From an uncultured bacterium (GTDB lineage Bacteria > Krumholzibacteriota > Krumholzibacteriia > LZORAL124-64-63): a stretch of DNA of 61,217 nucleotides. Under the pieces are notes generated by a model. That model had not been told where the DNA came from. It saw nothing but the letters and a program-made list of their open reading frames with translations, and made no database searches. The stretch lies in assembly GCA_965363725.1 (NCBI GenBank), contig CBDTUS010000002.1, positions 1 through 61,217 of the forward strand. The letters are read 5' to 3'. Position numbers and translations under genes: made by a program. This document shows positions 27,661 to 36,021 of the stretch, one piece after another. Each line of letters begins with the position of its first letter. The stretch's first letter is position 1.

Positions 27661-27714
27661 ACGGCGACCTCCTTGCGGCGCGGCTGAACCTCGGCTAAGC
27701 TCCAGGTAATCCGG

Positions 27715-28494
27715 ATGCTCTCGTTTACCGAGGAAATCCATATGGTCATTCTGCTGCAATTCGTTGTCGGTCTGATGATGGCTTCAATGGCTGAAAACAG
27801 CATTGGTTCCGGCGACCGGGACTGGTCCGGGCCCCATGAGGCCATGATGCGCGCCATCCACAGGGACGTGGCCCGCAACGCCCAGGTCCTCGGGCGCGAT
27901 CATCTTTCCCAATCCGTCGCCCTGGCTCTGGCCAAGGTGCCCCGCCACGAATTCGTGCCTCCGGAGCTCAGGGAAAACGCCTACGCCAACCATCCCCTGC
28001 CCATCGGCCACGGCCAGACCATCAGCCAGCCCACCATCGTCGCCCTGATGACCGACATTCTCGAACTCGGCCCCGAGGATCGCGTCCTCGAAGTGGGCAC
28101 CGGTTCCGGGTACCAGGCCGCCGTGCTCAGCGAAGTGGTCACCGAAGGAAAGGTGTTCACGATCGAGATCGTGTCCGCCCTGGCCCGCACCGCCCGCAAA
28201 AGGCTGGCGGACTTGGGCTACCAGAATGTAGTCGTCCATACCGGAGACGGCTACCTGGGCCTGCCCGAAGACGCCCCCTTCGACGGGATCATGGTCACCG
28301 CCGCAGCTAAAGAGATTCCCGCCCCCCTGCTGGAGCAGCTCAAGCCCGGAGGCCGGCTGGTGATGCCCGTGGGCGACCAGGGGGAAACCCAGTGGCTGAC
28401 CCTGGTCGGCAAGGATGCCGAGGGCGAGATTGACCGCCGCGTCGTGCTGCCGGTCCGGTTCGTGCCCCTCACTGGAGATCATACGAAGAACTAG
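27715..28494 (+). CDS. pcm: Protein-L-isoaspartate O-methyltransferase with hydrophobic N-terminal extension
   Basis: PRHEFVPPELRENAYANHPLPIGHGQTISQPTIVALM, VLEVGTGSGYQAAVL. N-terminus ..MVILLQFVVGLMMASMAEN looks like a signal peptide. Confidence 0.9.
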   Translation: MLSFTEEIHMVILLQFVVGLMMASMAENSIGSGDRDWSGPHEAMMRAIHRDVARNAQVLGRDHLSQSVALALAKVPRHEFVPPELRENAYANHPLPIGHGQTISQPTIVALMTDILELGPEDRVLEVGTGSGYQAAVLSEVVTEGKVFTIEIVSALARTARKRLADLGYQNVVVHTGDGYLGLPEDAPFDGIMVTAAAKEIPAPLLEQLKPGGRLVMPVGDQGETQWLTLVGKDAEGEIDRRVVLPVRFVPLTGDHTKN

Positions 28495-28644
28495 GGCGAA
28501 GTGTGACCCTGCCCGCGCCCCGGAGGCCAAATATCTGGATCCTGGTTGTGATTCCGCGCCCTATTTGTTACTTATTGCCCATCTGGAAACCGCCGGAGCG
28601 CGTTTCGACCCCCATTGCGCCCCCAAAATCCACGGGACGGTCCC

Positions 28645-30480
28645 ATGAGCCACAATATCCAGCACGATCGCATCGCCGTCATCGATTTCGGCGGCCAGTA
28701 CGCCCACCTCATCGCCACCAAGGTACGTCGCAGTAAGGTGTTGGCGGAAATCCGCCAACCCGAGGACCCCATCGAGGTTTTCGGCGATTACCAGGGGATC
28801 ATCCTTTCCGGCAGCCCGGCGCTGTCGTCCTTCGGCGAGGATTCCGGCTATACCAAGGAAATCTACGACCTGGACCTTCCCATCCTGGGATTCTGCTTCG
28901 GCCATCAGGAAATCGCCAAGCACTACGGGGGAACCGTGGTCAACGGCAAGCAGGAATGGGGGCACGCGGACCTGCACATCAACCGGGAGCATCCCCTGTT
29001 CGCCGGACTGGGCCAAGTCGAGCAGGTCTGGATGAGCCACTTCGATTCCGTCACCGCCGTGGGCCCGGATTTCGAGGAGCTGGGTCACACCGTTCTGGGC
29101 CAAGGCAGCCCGCCCCACCGCTTCGCGGCCATCGGCAGCGACAAGCTGCGCCGCTACGGTTTCCAGTTTCATCCCGAGGTGGACGACACCCTGCACGGCG
29201 ACGAGATGATCGCCAACTTCGTGCTGAACATCTGTGGTTGCCGGCCCACCTGGACCATGGACAGCTACGTGACCGAGCAGGTCGAGAAGATTCGCGCCCA
29301 GGTCGGCGACAATTCGGTGTTCCTGCTGGCCAGCGGCGGGGTCGACTCCACCGTGGCGGCGCGGTTGTTCGGCGAGGCCCTCGGGCCCGACCGGTTGAAT
29401 CTGCTGCACGTGGACAACGGCCTGATGCGCAAGGACGAGTCGGCCGGCGTGGTCGAGATGTTTCGTGAACTGGGGCTCGACCAGAACTTCCACTTCATCG
29501 ACGCCACGGACACGTTCCTAGCGGCGCTCGCCGGCAAGATCGAACCCGAAAATAAGCGCCGTGCCATCGGCGACACCTTCATCTCCGTGTTCGAAAGCGA
29601 AGCCAAGCGGCTGGACATCGAGGACCACCTGCTCGGACAGGGCACCATCTATCCCGACACCATCGAGACCGGCGGCACCAAGCGGGCCGACACCATCAAG
29701 ACCCATCACAACCGGGTCCCGATCATCGAGGAGATGATCGCCGCCGGCAAGGTCGTCGAGCCGCTGGCCGATCTGTACAAGGTCGAGGTCCGTGAACTGG
29801 GGGAAATGCTGGGCATTCCCCACCACATGATCTGGCGGCACCCCTTCCCCGGGCCGGGCCTGGGCGTGCGGCTGCTGTGTTCGGACGGAAGGATGGAAGA
29901 CGCCGCGGCCCTGGATACCATCGCCCCGGCCGTGACCGACGCGGTGGGCCGGTACGGTCTGGCCGGCGCCCCGCTGCCGATCAAGTCGGTCGGCGTCAAG
30001 GCCGACCTGCGCTCCTACGAGCATCCGGTTCTCATTCACGGGCAGGCCGACTGGGACGTCCTGGCCGAGGCTTCGGGCACCATCTTCAAGACCGTCGCCG
30101 GGATCAACCGCACCCTGTGGAACCTGACGGCGGACATGCCGGCCGGATTCCGACCCCTGGCCGCCACCATGACCCGCGACCGTCTCGATCTGCTGCGCGA
30201 ATGCGATCACCTGATGATGGATGGGCTGCGGCGCCACGGCCTCTATGGGGAAATCTGGCAGTGCCCGACGGTGCTGGTTCCCCTGGAAATAGACGGGCAG
30301 GGCCGGGAACTCTGCATCCTGAGGCCCATCCACAGCGAGCGGGCCATGACCGCCACGGCCGCACGCCTGCCGGTGGAACTGCTGGAGGAATTGCGGCAAT
30401 CGATCACCGCGCTGCCGGGGATAAGCGGGCTGGCCTACGACCTGACGAGCAAACCGCCGGGAACCATCGAGTGGGAATAG
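28645..30480 (+). CDS. guaA: GMP synthase (glutamine-hydrolysing), long form
   Basis: Trimmed to MSHNIQHDRIAVIDFGGQYAHLI. GATase block GFCFGHQ. PP-loop LLASGGVDSTV. C-terminal dimerisation domain ...KPPGTIEWE. Confidence 0.9.
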   Translation: MSHNIQHDRIAVIDFGGQYAHLIATKVRRSKVLAEIRQPEDPIEVFGDYQGIILSGSPALSSFGEDSGYTKEIYDLDLPILGFCFGHQEIAKHYGGTVVNGKQEWGHADLHINREHPLFAGLGQVEQVWMSHFDSVTAVGPDFEELGHTVLGQGSPPHRFAAIGSDKLRRYGFQFHPEVDDTLHGDEMIANFVLNICGCRPTWTMDSYVTEQVEKIRAQVGDNSVFLLASGGVDSTVAARLFGEALGPDRLNLLHVDNGLMRKDESAGVVEMFRELGLDQNFHFIDATDTFLAALAGKIEPENKRRAIGDTFISVFESEAKRLDIEDHLLGQGTIYPDTIETGGTKRADTIKTHHNRVPIIEEMIAAGKVVEPLADLYKVEVRELGEMLGIPHHMIWRHPFPGPGLGVRLLCSDGRMEDAAALDTIAPAVTDAVGRYGLAGAPLPIKSVGVKADLRSYEHPVLIHGQADWDVLAEASGTIFKTVAGINRTLWNLTADMPAGFRPLAATMTRDRLDLLRECDHLMMDGLRRHGLYGEIWQCPTVLVPLEIDGQGRELCILRPIHSERAMTATAARLPVELLEELRQSITALPGISGLAYDLTSKPPGTIEWE

Positions 30481-30495
30481 TTGGATTCCGAAGCT

Positions 30496-31143
30496 TTAAT
30501 GACAAGCCGTGCCGATGGCGCCGGCCATCTCCGACAGATCCGACAGGTTGACCGCCCAATCAAAGTATAGGTCCGACCGGAATTCGTAATCCGCGTCAAA
30601 GAAATCCTCGGCGAACTCCACGACATCCGTCAGGTTCACCACCAGGTCGGCATTTAGATCCGGGCTGTTGAATAGGAGTGGAAAATAGAAAAGGCTCGGC
30701 GAATCCCCTCCACTTATCCGGATCACGCTGGTGCCCGAATCCTGCCCCCCACCGGCCAGAGGCCGAGACCAGGTGGTGCTCCCTTGATCATCCGTGGGGG
30801 CGTCGGCAATGCTCCCCCCCGAACAAAAAACCAGACTTCCCCCCGCGGACTCGAGCCACATGTCCTCGGCGGGATAGCCCACCATCGGACCTGTGGGCGG
30901 ACAACTGCTGTAGAGGGTCAGGTAGATCGTGGCGTCGGCCGTCGTGCCCGAATGGTGCCTCGCCTCGGTCATCGGTGGGCCTGATCCATCCGGTATGACC
31001 AACAGGGCCGTATCTGCCTGGATATCCTGGACGATGGTGGAGAGTTCCAGATCGGGACAGCCCACCACTTGAGCCAGGGCATGCCCACCGGGAAGGACCA
31101 CCAGGGCCAGAATGAAGACCATCCTCGGCAATTGCCTATTCAT
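30496..31143 (-). CDS. Secreted ~215-aa protein, unknown N-domain + dockerin/EF-hand-like C-terminus (paralog 1)
   Basis: Signal peptide. Blocks VIPDGSGPP, DATIYL, YPAEDMWLES, GGSIADAPTDDQGSTTW, NSPDLNADLVVNLTDV, FRSDLYFDWAVNLSDL. Ends ..GTACH. Confidence 0.75.
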   Translation of the reverse strand: MNRQLPRMVFILALVVLPGGHALAQVVGCPDLELSTIVQDIQADTALLVIPDGSGPPMTEARHHSGTTADATIYLTLYSSCPPTGPMVGYPAEDMWLESAGGSLVFCSGGSIADAPTDDQGSTTWSRPLAGGGQDSGTSVIRISGGDSPSLFYFPLLFNSPDLNADLVVNLTDVVEFAEDFFDADYEFRSDLYFDWAVNLSDLSEMAGAIGTACH

Positions 31144-31165
31144 GTGTTCATCCCTTCATCAATTC

Positions 31166-31807
31166 TCAGGGACAGGACTTCCCCAGGGCCCGCGCCAGGA
31201 CCGACAGGTCGGACAGGTTGACGGAACCGTCCCTCATCAAATCCGCCCGGAATTCGTACGGCCCGAAATAGTCCACCGAGAACCGGTGGATGTCGGTGAG
31301 GTTGATGGCTCCGTCGCCGTCCATGTCCGGGCTGTTGAAGTTGAGGGTCTGACCCGCAGCGTCTCCCACGGGCATGCCGTTGACCATGACCCGGCAGTTG
31401 CCCTGGTCATTGCCGCCGGCCTTCAGGGGCTGGGACCACTGGGTGTGCCCGTCTTCGTCGGTGTTGGCGTCGGCGATCGTCCCGCCCTGGCAACTGGCCA
31501 ATCCCCCGCCAATGCTCTCGAGCCACATGTCTTCCCGGGGAAAACCCGGGACGGGATCCTCGCCGAAGCAATAGGTGATCACGGTCAGATGGATGGTGGC
31601 GTCGACGGTGGTTCCGTCGGCGGTCCGGGCCTCGGTCAACGGCGGGCCCGAGCCGTCGGGAATCACCAGCAGGGTGGCGAGGCCTTCGAAGGCCTGGGCG
31701 ACGATGGATAGATCGAGATCGGGAACTCCCGTGCAAGCCAGGGCCGGTCCGCTGACCAGGCCGCAGAGCGCAACAGTGGCCAACAGGACAAGTGTGGATT
31801 GTTTCAT
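31166..31807 (-). CDS. Secreted ~215-aa protein, unknown N-domain + dockerin/EF-hand-like C-terminus (paralog 2)
   Basis: VIPDGSGPP, DATIHL, FPREDMWLES, GGTIADANTDEDGHTQW, NSPDMDGDGAINLTDI, FRADLMRDGSVNLSDL. Ends ..GKSCP. Confidence 0.75.
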   Translation of the reverse strand: MKQSTLVLLATVALCGLVSGPALACTGVPDLDLSIVAQAFEGLATLLVIPDGSGPPLTEARTADGTTVDATIHLTVITYCFGEDPVPGFPREDMWLESIGGGLASCQGGTIADANTDEDGHTQWSQPLKAGGNDQGNCRVMVNGMPVGDAAGQTLNFNSPDMDGDGAINLTDIHRFSVDYFGPYEFRADLMRDGSVNLSDLSVLARALGKSCP

Positions 31808-31844
31808 GGGAGCCCCCTTGGATTTGCGAACCGGATGTCACTTG

Positions 31845-31850
31845 TATTAT
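31845..31850 (-). promoter_or_regulatory. -10 box (TATAAT) upstream of paralog pair 1-2
   Basis: Minus sense: GCGGTATAATAC...(~30 nt)...CAAGGGGGCTCCCATG. The same CGGTATAAT ... CAAGGGGG layout occurs at 35971..35976. Confidence 0.5.
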
Positions 31851-31891
31851 ACCGCAAAGGCCACCTTCACCGCAAATCCAGGCCACCCATG

Positions 31892-31921
31892 AAAAAACCC
31901 CGGGCCGGGCCCGGGGTTTTT
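31892..31921. terminator. Intrinsic terminator after the OmpA-family gene
   Basis: AAAAAACCCCGGGC-CGG-GCCCGGGGTTTTT, flanked by A and T runs, 25 nt past the stop at 31946. Confidence 0.8.
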
Positions 31922-31945
31922 CCCTGGTCGAATGAGATCGAGCGC

Positions 31946-33409
31946 CTACTCCTCGGGCGGCATCCGGTCGGTCCGGATGAGCTCGACCCGTCGGTTACGG
32001 GCGGCGCCTTCCCGGGTGGAATTGTTGCCGATCGGCAGGTCTTCGCCGTAACCGACGGCGGTCATCCGCGCCGGATTGATACCCCTGCCTATGAGATATT
32101 CCCGCACGGCTTCAGCCCGCAACATCGAGAGGGCCCGGTTCAGATCCGCCGAACCGGAGCTGTCGGTGTGACCCTGGATCTCGATGGTCGCATCGGGCCA
32201 GGCATGCAGCGACGCGGCCACATTGTCCAGCACCGTCAGGGACTCGTAGGTGAGCTCGGCCTTGCCGAGAGTGAAGTTGACGCCCTCCAGGATCATATCC
32301 GGCGTGATCTCCGCGATGAGCGGACAGCCCTGACCATCGACCTCCACACCCGCGGGGGTGCCGTCACACAAGTCGTCGGCGTCCAGGACCCCGTCGCCGT
32401 CGTTGTCGGGATCGGGGCAGCCGTCTTCGTCCATGTACCCGTCCATGTCTTCCATTTCCTCGGGGCACTGGTCCTGGGCGTCGATCACGCCGTCACCGTC
32501 GTTATCCGGATCGGGGCAACCGTCCTCGTCCTGGTACCCGTCCATGTCTTCGGCGTCGTCGGGGCACTGGTCCTGGGCGTCGAGGATGCCGTCGCCGTCG
32601 TTATCGGGATCGGGACAACCGTCTTCGTCCATGTACCCGTCCACGTCCTCGGCTTCATCGGGGCAGCGGTCGTACTTGTTCAGGAAGCCGTCGCCGTCCT
32701 TGTCCTTGTTGCCGCCGAAGTAGAAGGTCAGGCCGAGGAACGCGTCGAACATGGCCTGGTTGGCATCGACTTCAGCTTGACCGTAAATGGTGCCCGACCC
32801 GATGTTGTCCGTGGTGTTGTCAATGATGAAGGTGTAGCGGGCGGCCACTTCGAGGGCCACCGTCTCGCTGAAGAAGTATTCCAGACCCAGGCCCAGCGTC
32901 GAGGTCAGGTTCATGCTCTCGAGTTTCTTGGGATCCCAGGAATTGGTGTACCCGTCCACCACGGGACCGCTGGGAAACAAACCGGGGGAGCTGTCGTTAC
33001 CCGATTCATCGCGCACCTTCCAGTCGATGACACCCACGTGGGCCGAAGCGAAGGGCTTGAAGCTGCTTTCGGGGGAGAAATAGTAGCGCGCGCCGGCCAT
33101 GCCCTGCCACATCGTGGTGTAATAGGGATAGACGGCCGAGAAGGTGAACCCGGCATCTTCACCGACATGGGAGCCAGGACGCACGGTTCCGTACTTCAAT
33201 TGCGTGCTGAAGGACCAGTTGTTGGACAGGCCGTACCGGAAATGCAGGCCGCCGAACTGGTCCACGTTGGAATAGTCATGGTTGCCGCCCAGCAGCTTGT
33301 GGATACCGAAATCCGCTCCCAGCCCAACACGGCCATCGTTTTCCACGGCCAACGCCGATGAGCCGGCCACCAGAGCCAACGCCAAGGAAATAATAACGAT
33401 CCGTTTCAT
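31946..33409 (-). CDS. OmpA-family outer-membrane protein: beta-barrel + thrombospondin type-3 repeats + OmpA_C peptidoglycan-binding domain
   Basis: Trimmed to MKRIVIISLALALVAGSSALA (GGAG RBS). N-terminal barrel, three DxDxDG...CP repeats, and C-terminal IEIQGHTDSSGSADLNRALSMLRAEAVREYLIGRGI...NRRVEL. Confidence 0.85.
   Translation of the reverse strand: MKRIVIISLALALVAGSSALAVENDGRVGLGADFGIHKLLGGNHDYSNVDQFGGLHFRYGLSNNWSFSTQLKYGTVRPGSHVGEDAGFTFSAVYPYYTTMWQGMAGARYYFSPESSFKPFASAHVGVIDWKVRDESGNDSSPGLFPSGPVVDGYTNSWDPKKLESMNLTSTLGLGLEYFFSETVALEVAARYTFIIDNTTDNIGSGTIYGQAEVDANQAMFDAFLGLTFYFGGNKDKDGDGFLNKYDRCPDEAEDVDGYMDEDGCPDPDNDGDGILDAQDQCPDDAEDMDGYQDEDGCPDPDNDGDGVIDAQDQCPEEMEDMDGYMDEDGCPDPDNDGDGVLDADDLCDGTPAGVEVDGQGCPLIAEITPDMILEGVNFTLGKAELTYESLTVLDNVAASLHAWPDATIEIQGHTDSSGSADLNRALSMLRAEAVREYLIGRGINPARMTAVGYGEDLPIGNNSTREGAARNRRVELIRTDRMPPEE
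32372..32668. repeat. Three tandem 99-bp (33-aa) repeats inside the OmpA-family gene
   Basis: Protein units are CPDEAEDVDGYMDEDGCPDPDNDGDGILDAQDQ, CPDDAEDMDGYQDEDGCPDPDNDGDGVIDAQDQ and CPEEMEDMDGYMDEDGCPDPDNDGDGVLDADDL. The nucleotide units are visibly near-identical. Confidence 0.8.
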
Positions 33410-33592
33410 GGCTAACTCCATTTTTTTGAATCCTGTTTTTCGGGTTCGGCGGAATTTTCCCCGATTCCCCCGAATTTATCCAGACAATCTGGAATTTTTC
33501 CACCATATTCTTTCGACGCCCTGTGCGTTCGTTTGATAACTTTTTGCAGCCCACCACCATCCGACTGGTCCAACTCGAACCTGGAGACAAAG

Positions 33593-34603
33593 TTGATCAC
33601 TCATTGGCAAAATCACCCCCTGGCCTCGGAAATGGGTTTTGCGCTGGGCTCCGTGCGGCAGGCCGGCCGACTCTGCCGCGCCGTGCAGGCCGAAATTGAC
33701 CCCGGCGCCCTGGCCAAGAAGGATCGCAGTCCCGTCACCGTGGCGGATTTCGGCAGCCAGGCCCTGATCTGCCGGACCCTGCGGGAGGCCTTTCCCGACG
33801 ATCCCATCATCGGCGAAGAAGACGCGGCTGTTCTGCACGGGCCCGACCAGGCCCCCATGCTGGCCCGGGTGACCGAACACGTGGCCAAGCTGCGGCCGGG
33901 TGTGGATTCGGAGCAGGTTTGCGAATGGATCGACTATGGCGGCGCCAAGGACTATACCTCCAGATTCTGGACCCTGGATCCCATCGACGGCACCAAGGGA
34001 TTCCTCCGCGGCGGCCAGTACGCCATCGCCCTGGCGCTGATTCTCGACGGCCAGGTCGCGGCCGCAGTGCTGGGCTGCCCGAACCTCGGCCCCACCCTGG
34101 ACGCCGACCGCGGCGATGGATCCCTTTTTGTCGCCCTGAAAGGTCACGGGACCTGGTCGCTGCCCCTGCTGGGCGAAGGCGAACCTGTCCCCGTGAAGGT
34201 CAGCGGCCAGACCGACTGCGCCTTCATTCGATTTTGTGAATCGGTGGAAGCCGCCCATTCATCCCACGGCGATGCGGCGCGCCTGGCCACGGAGTTGAAG
34301 ATCCAAGCCGCCCCGGCCCGGCTGGACAGCCAGGCAAAATACGCCGTGGTGGCCCGCGGAGAAGCCGAGGCCTACCTGCGGCTACCCCGCGACCAGGTTT
34401 ATCGCGAGAAGATCTGGGACCACGCGGCGGGCGTGCTGGTGGTGACCGAAGCAGGGGGCAGGGTGACTGACATCGCCGGCGGTGACCTCGATTTCAGCCA
34501 GGGTCATCAGCTGGAAAAAAATCGGGGCGTGGTCGCGACCAACACCCCGGTCCATGATTCGTTGCTGAAGGCGATTGGGGATCTGGGCATCGGAGCTTCC
34601 TGA
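33593..34603 (+). CDS. 3'(2'),5'-bisphosphate nucleotidase (HAL2/inositol-monophosphatase family)
   Basis: SPVTVADFGSQA, FWTLDPIDGTKGFLRGGQYAIALAL, KIWDHAAGVLVVTEAGG. Start taken as TTG 33593 (GGAG 7 nt upstream); the alternative is ATG 33632. Confidence 0.8.
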   Translation: MITHWQNHPLASEMGFALGSVRQAGRLCRAVQAEIDPGALAKKDRSPVTVADFGSQALICRTLREAFPDDPIIGEEDAAVLHGPDQAPMLARVTEHVAKLRPGVDSEQVCEWIDYGGAKDYTSRFWTLDPIDGTKGFLRGGQYAIALALILDGQVAAAVLGCPNLGPTLDADRGDGSLFVALKGHGTWSLPLLGEGEPVPVKVSGQTDCAFIRFCESVEAAHSSHGDAARLATELKIQAAPARLDSQAKYAVVARGEAEAYLRLPRDQVYREKIWDHAAGVLVVTEAGGRVTDIAGGDLDFSQGHQLEKNRGVVATNTPVHDSLLKAIGDLGIGAS

Positions 34604-34610
34604 GCGGGCC

Positions 34611-35258
34611 CTAATTGCAATGGTGCCCTATCGAGTCGGCCAACGGTACCAGGTCCGACAGGTTGACCACTCCGTCGCGATGCAGGTCGGAGCGGAAATT
34701 GTAGTCTCCATAAATATCCATGGTAAAAAATTGCACGTCGGTCAGGTTCACGGTCCCGCTGGCGTTGATGTCCGGGCTGTTCATGGCCAGCGGCAAAGGC
34801 GGGGTCGTGAGGGGATTCCCGTTGACGAAGACAACGAAAGGGCCTTCGCTGTGGCCCCCACCCCTGGGCCGCTGGAACCAGGTTGTCAAACCGGCCTGAT
34901 CGGTATCGGAATCGGGCCACAATCCGAATGGGATGCAAAAATACATGCCACCGTCCTCCGCCTTGAGCCAGATATCCTCGCGGGGAAAGTCCGCAATGGG
35001 CTGGTAGAGCAGATCCAACAATTCCAGGGTGATCGTGGCGTCGGCGAGGGCCCCGTCGGGAGTCCGTGCCTGTGTGAAATACGGTCCGGATCCTGAAGGC
35101 AGGATCATCAGGGTGAGGGTCTCAGGTCCGGAATAGGCCAGCCAGGCATGGGAAAAATTAGGGTCAGGCGGCCAATCCTCCGTTTCGGCGAGCGCATTTC
35201 CAGCGAGCCCACATACCACCCATAGAACCAGCATCATTCCCCAGGTTTTTCTGCACAT
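34611..35258 (-). CDS. Secreted ~215-aa protein, unknown N-domain + dockerin/EF-hand-like C-terminus (paralog 3)
   Basis: ILPSGSGPY, DATITL, FPREDIWLKA, DSDTDQAGLTTW, NSPDINASGTVNLTDV, FRSDLHRDGVVNLSDL. Ends ..GHHCN. Confidence 0.75.
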   Translation of the reverse strand: MCRKTWGMMLVLWVVCGLAGNALAETEDWPPDPNFSHAWLAYSGPETLTLMILPSGSGPYFTQARTPDGALADATITLELLDLLYQPIADFPREDIWLKAEDGGMYFCIPFGLWPDSDTDQAGLTTWFQRPRGGGHSEGPFVVFVNGNPLTTPPLPLAMNSPDINASGTVNLTDVQFFTMDIYGDYNFRSDLHRDGVVNLSDLVPLADSIGHHCN

Positions 35259-35290
35259 GACTCAACCGCCTCTCCAACGGCCACGCTTCA

Positions 35291-35938
35291 TCAGGGGCAC
35301 TCGGCGCCGAAGCCCTCGACGAAGGTCGCGATATCCGACAAGTTGATGTAACTGTCGTACCACAAATCCGACCGGAAACGGTAGACCCCTCCGTACAAAT
35401 CCTCCGCCAGCAGGACTACATCTGAAAGGTCCACATCCAGGTCCCCGTTGATGTCCGGACTGTTGAAGTGGACGTTCAACCCCGACGTCGAGGCGAGAGC
35501 CCACCCCATAACGTACACCTGGGTAAGATCCTCGCTGAAACCGCCTCCCCGCAAGGGAAGAACCCAGGTCGACTCTCCGTTCTGATCAGTACTGGTGTCG
35601 GCGATGGACCCACCCGGGCAGAGGACAAAATGGGGATCCAGGGATTCCAGCCACATGTCCTCGCGCGGAAAATTCGTAAAGGGGGTCCCCCAGCCGTTCA
35701 AAAGCCTGACGTGGATGGTGGCATCGACCACCCCCTCGGAAATGACGCGGGCTTGATCGAAGCGGCTGCCGTAACCATCCGGATGAACCCTGACCCCCAT
35801 TGTTCCGCCGCCGGTGTACTCGGTCCAACAGATGGATAAGGTCGGGTCGGGCAGATCGATTTGGGCCTGGGCGATGGACACGACCAGAAGTAGGACCAAT
35901 AGGCAAAGCGAAAATTTGCGAATCAAACGCATGGCCAC
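35291..35938 (-). CDS. Secreted ~215-aa protein, unknown N-domain + dockerin/EF-hand-like C-terminus (paralog 4)
   Basis: VHPDGYGSR, DATIHV, FPREDMWLES, GGSIADTSTDQNGESTW, NSPDINGDLDVDLSDV, FRSDLWYDSYINLSDI. Ends ..GAECP. Confidence 0.75.
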   Translation of the reverse strand: MAMRLIRKFSLCLLVLLLVVSIAQAQIDLPDPTLSICWTEYTGGGTMGVRVHPDGYGSRFDQARVISEGVVDATIHVRLLNGWGTPFTNFPREDMWLESLDPHFVLCPGGSIADTSTDQNGESTWVLPLRGGGFSEDLTQVYVMGWALASTSGLNVHFNSPDINGDLDVDLSDVVLLAEDLYGGVYRFRSDLWYDSYINLSDIATFVEGFGAECP

Positions 35939-35970
35939 CCCCTTGAATTGAGCAATGTTCCCTACTCCTG

Positions 35971-35976
35971 ATTATA
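35971..35976 (-). promoter_or_regulatory. -10 box (TATAAT) upstream of paralog pair 3-4
   Basis: Minus sense: ACGGTATAATCAGG...(~25 nt)...TTCAAGGGGGTGGCCATG. This parallels 31845..31850. Confidence 0.5.
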
Positions 35977-36021
35977 CCGTATTTCGTCCTTCAGAGGAAG
36001 CGACCTGCCCTATCGTTGCCG

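Noticed and set aside
28495-28644. Possible purine riboswitch upstream of guaA
   Set aside because: No match by eye to the guanine/adenine riboswitch core (no conserved three-way-junction sequences). The region is GC-rich without obvious structure.
31799-33361. 520-aa + strand ORF
   Set aside because: Antisense shadow of the OmpA/TSP3 gene. Its internal periodicity simply mirrors the 99-bp repeats.
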